Shown one piece after another: positions 55,022 to 64,000 of a stretch of 64,000 bases of DNA; position 1 is the first letter of the stretch, and every line of letters begins with the position of its first letter. The notes under the pieces were generated by a model. That model did not search any database. It had not been told where the DNA came from and saw nothing but the letters and a program-made list of their open reading frames with translations. This DNA comes from Amoeboaphelidium protococcarum X5. Its lineage: Eukaryota > Fungi > Aphelidiomycota. The translations under genes were made by a program, and so were the position numbers. Location: positions 1-64,000 of the forward strand of contig JALDTO010000200.1 of NCBI GenBank assembly GCA_023515725.1. Reading direction: 5' to 3'.

Positions 55022-56021
55022 AGGCAGAAAAGTGCTTTTGGTCAAAGGTGATGATGAATGTTTCGTGTCCCTGTAAAATGTTGTTAAAGAAGTGATTAAA
55101 TGGTCTTTTTGATTAGAATATATACTAAATTAGTTTAATTTAATATTTCATTGTCGAGGTGCTTGCTTTAAGCCATACAAACTCTTGATTAGTCTTCATC
55201 ATATATAAGGCAAAAGACTTTTTTCTCTACTCGGCTTGTACGTCTCTTCGATGATTAAACCACCCAAGTCATTGATCATAAAACAGTGTCGCGATGCATT
55301 TAAACAAAGCAATTGGGCCAGAGACAACTACCGCCATGTCAAATGGGAGCTTGCATTACGGAACAGTGGCTCGAGGCCGGATCTACCAACTTCTCGCGCC
55401 GCCCAGATCCTGAACGTGGGATTCGAGTCCCGCAAAACATTCGTTGCGCAGACGACCTTGTAAATTCCAGACCTTCTTTCAACTTCATTTTCGTAAGAAG
55501 CGATGCATCGGGACCTCAGGCCATAATTTGACGCGTAGGAGATTAGTACGCGCTCTCTCTAAAAAATCTGCGTACCAAAGCATCTTGTACCAACTACTCG
55601 ACATCTGTGCGAGAGTTTAACGTGACGAAAGCTTCTCTGTGCTTCTTGCGAATTACGATGTTCTGAGGATTGTGGTGAGTTCTGAATGAGAACAAATATG
55701 ATCAAAAGGGGGTTAAACTACTTCCCTATAAATCTGTCACATATCTTGTTGTACTAATTGTTTACATATACGATGTTGCAGTAAGTAAATGGAAAGAACA
55801 GACATTGTTACAGGCTTTTAACAAGCCACTTTCGCTAAATCCAACCTAAATCGCGATAATTAATTCAAGGGTTTTGGCAAACGGCGGTAAAGATGCTCTA
55901 AATATTACAGTCACATTATATAGTGTTGTCGTCATCATTATGTACACTGTACTGAAACTAGTAGAGATATAAATTATTTATCCGCTGTAGATGAACAATC
56001 TCAACTTACACGAATTACACT

Positions 56022-58841
56022 TCATAAAACATCGTACGTCGAGTATCCTTGATTGATGTTGAGAATATCGTCTTCATCTTCATATGACTACGCATTGCTG
56101 GGATTATCAAAAGACTCTTCCTGACTCCATTTAGACCGCAGATAATCTTCAGCATCCTTAATCTTGCGAAAGAAGCAGTCACTTCTCAATACATCTCCAA
56201 TTAAGCCGCAGACTATGAATTTTCGTTTTACATTCTCGCGCATCTTGACAAAGCACACGGCAATGTCGCGGTCAACAAACGATTAGACAATATGAGTCAG
56301 CGTGAGTAAAGCACTAGCATCTATATCGGGCATATTCTCGATATCAAATATGATAGCCTTGAGGTATTATGGCGACAATTATTAGGCAGCTTGGAGTTCA
56401 TCATCAATGTCTCGATCATTCTATACATGGTTATGCTCATCGAGATCAGCCGAATCTTTAGAAAATACACTATCCGTATCAACATCTTGATGAGACATGG
56501 ACTCGTACCGCGAACCATCCAGCGTGACGTTAATCAATTGATGCCTAGTCTTTCTACGCGATCTTCGCAGCGGGAAATTGGCACCCTCAGTTTGACTTTG
56601 AGCACTACCTTCAGAGCCATTCCTCCGTCTACCGCGAAGACTAAGAGACGAGTCTGAATGCTGCACCACAGACTGTAAACCTTGCCGCGTCTAATCTCGT
56701 TTAGATTCTTCACTCGGATGTGTATGTAACCATCCTCCGTACGCCTCTGCACGCCTCAATCTATCCATAAGTTGACCGGTATTTGCAAATGTCAGTCTCT
56801 CCTCTATCCGCACAATGAGGATATCTTCCAAATGCTGTTACGCTGCAGGTTATAACTGGTTTGCTCCACTACTACGGCCACCAATCAAAGAGCCAGTCAT
56901 TCCGAGACTTTAGCCTGCAGCCGAGTAAACCTCTTCCAGCGGTTTGTATTTAAACTTGCCAGCCTTATGCCTAGATGATGTCATGTCAGTATTCGGACTC
57001 ACGTTAGAGCTCACAGGCATAGAAGATTAAAATTTCTGCAATACGGGCGACGCCTATGAGCTAGGCATAGAATAATTTTGAGTTTGATGCTACGGCTGAC
57101 CATCTATAGGTAGTGGCGGTTAATACTGGGACAATTGATCATTATCACCATCAAATTAACCATCCAGAGAAGCAGCGGGAACTTTAACCAAGACTGACAT
57201 TTTAACACGGGTACTCTCTTTAACTACAAGTATTAAACTGACAGCAATACTACCCAAAATACCAGCCTCTACACCAACAAAGATAGTGGTAAGAGCACTG
57301 AGAATCATCATACCTATATCTGGCCACCACGCTCCAATCTTTATCCAGAACACGAGATCCTCAAACTCCAAGAGACCAGAGGCTGCATAACAGACGATGC
57401 TGCCCATGACACTTAGTGGAACATAATAGAACACGGGTAGTATAAACAATATAGTCAACATGACCAGCAATCCGCCAAGTATGGAATACAACTGCGTCTT
57501 TGCGTGAGCACTATCAGCCAAATGACTTCTGGCCATAGACGCATATGCCGGAAAAGCATTCAAGAGCGAGCCAATGATATTCATAACACCAAACGCAACC
57601 AGTTCCCTATTCGGAGACACTGTATAATGATACTTTTACGCAAACTGCTTACTCACCACCGTTGCTTCTACAAAGCCAAGTACGCTAATGAGTATAGCCG
57701 GAGTTAGGAGAGCCTTTACCCGATTCAACGTCAATTTCGGCCAAACTGATCCTTTAAAACCAGTCTATAAAGCACTATCGCCCAATATTGCAACATTAGA
57801 CACAATATCATGCAAGTGCAAGGAATACGTTATCAAAGATGTGACTAGTATAAGTATTAAAATCTCTGGTAATAAAACGATCCAGTTCTTCACCTTATTC
57901 CAAATAGCTGATAATTTTCGACCATGAATGATGTTACCCTATTGATCAAGCCTTTAATACTAATGGCGATTACTACTGAATATATCCCTCCAGCTTAAAA
58001 GCTCTTCATCTGAGCCAGGTTCCAACTAAACTGACTTACTATGTTACGCATACGATTTAAGTGTCTTGACACCAAACAAGAATCCTAATGATAATATAGA
58101 CATCAATATCGATCTCCAATTGGACTAGTGCAAGTGTCCCAGAATAAGAGAAAACTTCTGGAATGGACTTTCAGCTTCATCTCCATGTTAAGGATGTCCA
58201 TCAGGAAGCAGGGGCTAAGGTAGACCAAACAATACAGGCATCTACTCTATAAAGATGACCAGCGCAACTGCTGTAATAAAACCTCTGAGGAGAGATTATG
58301 AGAGCACAGAATCCAAAAATCCAAGTCTTGCTAAACCGAGAGCCAAAGTGAACACACCGACAAGTAACGCCAGTGTGGTGGCGATCTCAATCTACTGCTA
58401 CAAGATACCGGAATCAAGGCTATTACGACTAGCAGTGCCCATACTAAGTAACGAATAAGGAGAGGATAACGATTGAGATGTGTTCAGTGAGAGCGAGGAA
58501 TTCCCTACAGGTGGAACAGGTAACACGGTGTTGCTCTAGATTGCATTTCCAATCAATAAACAAATCAACGCCTCCGGTCCAACACTGAGTTGCCTGCTCA
58601 TACCAAATAACCCGTACACAAGCATGGCGATGAACGATGTATATAAACCGTATACTGCCGGTAGATGACACAGTGATAGACTATAAGATAGACTTTAAGG
58701 TATAATCAGCAGACTAACAGTGAGGCCAGCAAAGAAATCTCTACTCAGATTCTATCTCACATCATACTTGGGAAGCCAGCTAAATATGGGCACATAATAC
58801 TTGGCCCGTTTCTTTAATGTCTGTAAATCTAGATTTTACAT
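56022..58841 (-). CDS. SulP/SLC26 anion (sulfate) transporter with STAS domain
   Basis: YYVPIFSWLPKY, DFFAGLTVSLLIIPQSLSY, SVGPEA, SPNRELVAFG, STAS LTFANTGQL..FDIENMPDIDASA. Confidence 0.92.
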
Positions 58842-59632
58842 TATTTGGGTTCAGTGTAACGTGTATATATATATATATATATTCAGGTAAAGTATTTATT
58901 GTTCTAACGCTAGAAAAAAAGTTTAGAAGAAGAAGTTCACCCGCGAGAAACGATGATTCGATTAGAGCTATTCAAACGCGACATTAAATTCTCAGGTTGT
59001 ACTTATAATGAGTGCGTCAAAGTTAAAGTGGTATAAAATGTATTGGTTACTCAGGCCATTTCTAATATTGAATGAATAAATGAAGAATTTTTTCATTTTC
59101 GTATAGTTCAGTTTGGCATTTATGAGTGTTTGTTTGATCACGGAGAAAACTTTCCAAGAGAAGAAGCTCAGCTGATGGAAATCATGCAGAAAAGCTGTAG
59201 GATAATATGAAAACTCCTTTCAATGGCAAGCCTTGGCCGTATGTTGACCTACTTTATCTCGCGATTTCAGTCTAAATCAACATATGTATCGTAAATCTAG
59301 TCTGGAAATGATGATATACTTGTCGACCCAGAGTTTTACTTCGAGGGGCTATCGGTAATTTCTCGCTCGTCTCACCTCAACGTCATCATATCATTAATTC
59401 TCATATCGCGCACAGTCTATTATAAGAGCTGGCTATGTGAGTGCCTTGTGTAAAAGAATCGTACCATCAGGCCAAGATACGTCGCTGTCTCTGAAAGCAT
59501 CAGATACATTATACGCGTTTGAGAATCTAAAGGAAGGTATATCAGAAATGTAATGAATTAAAAAAGATATGAAATTGCATTTTTTTTATTGATTTCAATT
59601 ACCTCTTCTTCATAAAGTCGCTACCAGCAGTA

Positions 59633-59827
59633 TCAGTTTCTAGGATCTACTAATTCTGGATTGTTTTATTCGATGGCATAATCATCAGCGATAAACTTGA
59701 CGCCAGGCTTCTGAATAGAGCCGTCCTTGTTATAGACTGGAGTAATCGTCTCCTTCTGCTTAATATTCAGTTGTGGCAGAGCCATAACGCTAGCCAAGGC
59801 CACAGCAACAAAGAATAAGAATTTCAT
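59633..59827 (-). CDS. Small secreted peptide (64 aa)
   Basis: MKFLFFVAVALASVMA-LPQLNIKQKETITPVYNKDGSIQKPGVKF..; clear signal peptide, C-terminus uncertain. Confidence 0.6.
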
Positions 59828-59990
59828 TTTCAAGTAGTAGATTCGATAGATTTCACTTTAAATGCAAAGTGCAGATAATTTTATTGGTGAAAACAAGAAT
59901 TAGAAATAGACATGACATGATACGAAGAATCGGTATTGAATTGCGAAGATGCCCCTGATTCGGTAAAGGTCGCCGCAATTCATCTCCTAA

Positions 59991-60872
59991 AAAGTCAAAC
60001 ATAAGTCTGATAACTCAAAACTGAATGCGCTGGTTGCTGATGACTATAATTATGATAGCGGGCGCAAAGTCGGAGTAGGAATATCGTTTTTTGTAACAAT
60101 GCCAATGGGAATAACACTTTGTTACTCCAAGAACGCGTACGCAGTAACAAAGTGTTATTCATCGACCAAATAGTCTAAAACTAGTCTGATAACTTAAAAT
60201 GAAATTCGCTGGCCGCTGATGACTATAATTATGATAGCCAGCGCAAAGCCGGAGGAGGAATATCATTTTTTGTAACAATGCCAATGGGAATAACACTTTG
60301 TTACTCTCCATCGCGTGCCTAGTAACAAAGTGTTATTCATCGACCAAATAGTCTAAAACTAGTCTGATAACTCAAAACTGAATGCGCTGGTTGCTGATGA
60401 CTATAATTATGATAGCCAGTTCAAAGCCGGAGTAGTAATATCGTTTTTGTAACAATGCCAATGGGAATAACACTTTGTTACTCCAAGAACGCGTACGCAG
60501 TAACAAAGTGTTATTCATCGACCAAATAGTCTAAAACTAGTCTGATAACTTAAAATGAAATTCGCTGGTTGCTGATGACTATAATTAAGATAGCGGGCGC
60601 AAAGCCGGAGTAGGAATATCGTTTTTTGTAACATTGACAAGCGAATAACACTTTGTTACTCCTCCATCGCGTGCCTAGTAACAAAGTGTTATTCATCTCC
60701 CAAATAGTCAAACATAAGTCTGATAACTCAGAACTGAATGCGCTGGTTGCTGATGACTATAATTATGATAGCCAGCACAAAGCCGGAGTGAAAATACCGG
60801 TTTTTGTAACAATGCCAATGGGAATAACACTTTGTTACTCCTCCATCGCGTGCCCAGTAACAAAGTGTTATT
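59991..60872. repeat. Tandem array of five 178-179 bp units, each containing an 18-bp inverted repeat
   Basis: AGTCTGATAACT anchors at 60004, 60183, 60361, 60539 and 60717; each unit has GAATAACACTTTGTTACT-(15-16 nt)-AGTAACAAAGTGTTATT(C). Confidence 0.95.
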
Positions 60873-61420
60873 GTATCATATAACCCCTGGGATTGGTCAA
60901 TGGATCTACAAAAATGTAGCTAACGGTTACAATTGCCTATTCACAAACACAGTGAAAGAGATTGCCTTTTCAAAGCAATGGAATGTGAGTCACTGATTGT
61001 GAGAGAAACATTTCATTAAGGAGTTCATGATCACCAAGGGAGTCTAACTACTCTATAAATTTAATTGACTTTGCTGCGAATTAAAATTATAATGAACTCG
61101 GTGACATTCTATATATAGCTTGTGTGCCTTTGTGTAGTGTGTGACTTACTCTTTACAATTCCAACTGATATAACAACAATCTGATTACGGGGTGATCTAT
61201 AATCCTTGTGTAAGGGAGGCCAGTAGTGTTGTCTTTGGTAAACAATATGCGCAGCTTAACAAGGGCGTTTGATGCTCACAGTCTTTCGAGAAACTGCGCG
61301 CGTCGTTTCTCTCGACTTCTCTTTTGAACGAACGCGTTTCGCGCAGTCTAAAACTATTCTGTACCTGTAGCATTAATTACTACGGTATTTTTAAAGACTA
61401 CTTGTATTACGACATTAGAA

Positions 61421-64000
61421 ATGACTGCAGTTAAATTAGATTTGGCACAGTTCAAGTCTCGGTTTGAAAAATTGAGAGCTGGCGTTCTGAAGAGTGTTGG
61501 GCAATTGCTGGTCATCACGGGCAGTGACCAAGGTGATGATGCAGAGAATGTGTAAACGTATTAGAAATCTACCGCTTTATAAACGTGGCTTTTTGGCTAT
61601 GAACTTCCAGATGTATGTATGCTATTCACCTCTGAGAAGCTAGTGGTTTATTGCTCTTAGAAGAAGGCGCAGATTCTTTAGTAATTACAGAAACCGGACG
61701 GATTCGTAGTTGAGGCGTGTGTGCGCACTAAGGATGCTGAGTAGAATAAACAGGAGCTGGAGAAATTGATGGATTATCTTGAATCCAAGACTGAGGTTGG
61801 TGTATTTGTAAAAGATCGCCAGTCTCTGAGTGGAAAAGTAATTGCCGAGTTTAAAGAAGCGTCCTCTCACTTGAACTTGACTGAAATAGACGCCTCTGCC
61901 CAGACGGCGTCTTGTATGGCAATTAAAGATGGTGCCGAGGTTGAGTTGACACAACTGGCCTCTAAAGCGTCCGACCATCTTCTGAATAAGTATTTTGTTG
62001 ATGAAATGACTTCATACATTGATTCTGGCAGAAAGATTACTCATGAAAAGTTGGCAGAGAAGATTGAAGGTGGAATTGCTAATTAGAAGATTATCGATTA
62101 ATTACTGCTACCTCCCAACATGGAGACTGACATGTTGGATCTGTGTTATACTCCTATTATTTAGAGTAGAGCACCGTATGATTTTAAGCCATCTGCTCAG
62201 TCTAATGGTTAGAATCTGTCTCATACCGGCGTGATTACTGCTTCTCTGGGTGTGAGATACAAGAGTTACTGCTCTAATATTGCGCGTTCATTCTTGATTA
62301 ATCCCAGTAAAGACGTGGAGGAGAATTACAAGTTCCTGCTGCGCTTTAGATAGTTTGTACTTTTCACCTTGATCAAGTCTGGAATGAATATGAAATAGGC
62401 CTATGATCAAGCAGTTGAGTATATTGGTAGGGAGAAGCCGGAGCTGTAGGATCATTTTGTCAAGAATCTTGGCTTTGTCACTGGTATTGAATTTAGAGAA
62501 TCCTCCATGGTCATTGGGAATAAGAGTTCGGATAAAGTGTTCTAGAGTGGAATGACTGTGGTTCTGATATTGGGCTTCAGTGGCCTCAAGACTGTTGACG
62601 GTGGTAAAGAGTACGGCCTAGTGCTGAGTGACACTCTGTTAGTCGGCGAGGGGGTCAGTGGGGCTAAATGTCTTACTGGAAATGCTCCAGAGATGGCTGA
62701 TATTGTCTTCTATTTGAGTGAAGAGTAGTAATAGAAGCAGCAATCTATTGTGGAGAAGACTGTAATGACCAGGAATGCCAAGTCTGCCATACTTGATGTT
62801 AAATTGCGTAATGAAGCTAAAGATGATGTCAATTCCGAGTAGTTGAGAAGAAAGCATTAGAAGTAGCTATTGACACAGCGTGTTTAGGAAGGTATGAATA
62901 GATATGGTGATGTTGAAGGTGGTAACGCTGATGCACAGAGACAAGTGTTTCGCCGCTATGAGAGTTATAAGAAGGAATCTCAAGTACCAAAGGAAGTCCG
63001 CAATTGTAGAATCATCATCGATAAAAGAGCAGAGACTGTCATTTTGCCGATTATGGGATATGCTGTGCCATTCCACCTGAACACTCTGAAGAACTTGAGT
63101 AAGAATGAAGAGGGAGACTATTGCTACCTCAGATTCAATTTCAACACTCCGGGTTAGACGGTGAAGAAGGATGAGAATCTTCCGTATGATGATCCAAATG
63201 CCACATTTGTCCGCTCGTTCACGTTCAGATCTAATGAGATTGCCAGATTTAATGAGCTGTACAAGCAGATTACCGAGTGTAAGCGTGACTTGGCCAAGAG
63301 AGAGGCTGAGAGAAAGTAGCGTCAAGATTTGGTGGAGCAAGGAGAGCTGATTTCGAACAAGCGTCCATTGGCCATTCTGTAGGATGTTAATATTCGTCCC
63401 GCGCTGGAGGGAAAGAAGCTGCCTGGTGATCTAGCCATCCATTAGAATGGTGTCCGTTACTCCAATATTCGTGGTGACCAATAGCTGGACATTCTATTTA
63501 GCAATGTGAAGCATCTATTCTTCTAGCCTTGTGATAATGAGCTGTTTGTTATACTGCATTTCCATCTGAAAGACTTCATCATGGTGGGTAAGAAGAAGAC
63601 TAAAGATATATAGTTCATCAGGGAGGCGACGGATGCATCTTTTGATGAGACTGGCAATAGAAGACGCCGCAATTTTGGCGATGAAGATGAGTTGATGGCT
63701 GAGCAGGAGGAGCGTCGTCGTCGTCAGAAGTTGAATCGTGAATTCAAGGTGTTTGCAGAGAAGATTGGAGAGGTGAGTGGTGGCGAGGTGGAGGCTGATA
63801 TGCCTTTCAGAGAATTGGGTTTCAGCGGTGTACCAAGCCGTTCCAATGTTCTACTTCAACCGACGACAGAGTGTCTTATCCACTTGAGTGATCCCCCGTT
63901 TACTGTGATAACATTGAGTGAAGTTGAATTGGCGTACTTGGAACGCGTATAGTTCCATCTGAAGAACTTTGATATTGTCATGATCTTCAAGGATCTGACC
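61421..64000 (+). CDS. SPT16: FACT complex subunit Spt16, 3'-truncated by window
   Basis: [84 protein letters not shown]. Confidence 0.96.

Noticed and set aside
55180-55690. Coding-like stretch downstream of Argonaute
   Set aside because: No convincing start, recognisable motif or consistent frame; possibly a decayed fragment.
58864-58881. (TA)n microsatellite upstream of SulP; (CAT)n near 8130
   Set aside because: Ordinary short simple repeats; the second encodes the Ariadne poly-Asp tract.
59080-59560. Signal-peptide-like start MKNFFIFVQFSLAFMSVCL
   Set aside because: TGA after about 31 codons and downstream frames broken; cannot be supported as a gene.
59991-60872. CRISPR array interpretation of the hairpin repeats
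   Set aside because: Intervening sequences are near-identical rather than unique spacers, the context is eukaryotic, and no cas genes are present.
60653-60883. 76-aa ORF in the repeat array
   Set aside because: Unit length is not a multiple of 3, so the frame is not kept between copies.

Overview
Gene-dense, intron-poor eukaryotic nuclear DNA in a non-standard genetic code: TAA and TAG encode Gln and TGA is the only stop (table 6), so the supplied ORF track fragments every gene. Conserved Gln positions confirm this: RPL10 KFPGR[taa]KIII, Argonaute VV[tag]KRHHTR, eIF3i PLT[tag]IAYN. Fungus-like genes (ERMES MDM34, SulP), an ADAM, receptor-like kinases and TAR=Gln together suggest an aphelid such as Amoeboaphelidium protococcarum (inference). 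Re-read in table 6, the window holds about 33 protein genes, two probable pseudogenes and three tRNA-Gln genes. Top observations: (1) both stop-decoding tRNAs (anticodons UUA and CUA) are present and, unlike the neighbouring tRNA-Gln(CUG), both have an unpaired 27:43 position (4-bp anticodon stem) and a U1xC72 mismatch. (2) A VWA-domain type-I membrane protein has an integrin-beta/SibA-like NPxY-x8-NxxY tail. (3) A five-copy 178-179 bp tandem array carries an 18-bp hairpin in each unit, 5 kb from an Argonaute gene. (4) There is a cluster of three secreted glycine-zipper peptides. (5) An HMG-box gene lies next to an IME2/MAK kinase and near glutathione reductase. Single-base frameshifts interrupt the APE1-like and Argonaute genes. 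All translations were done by eye; start codons are best guesses.
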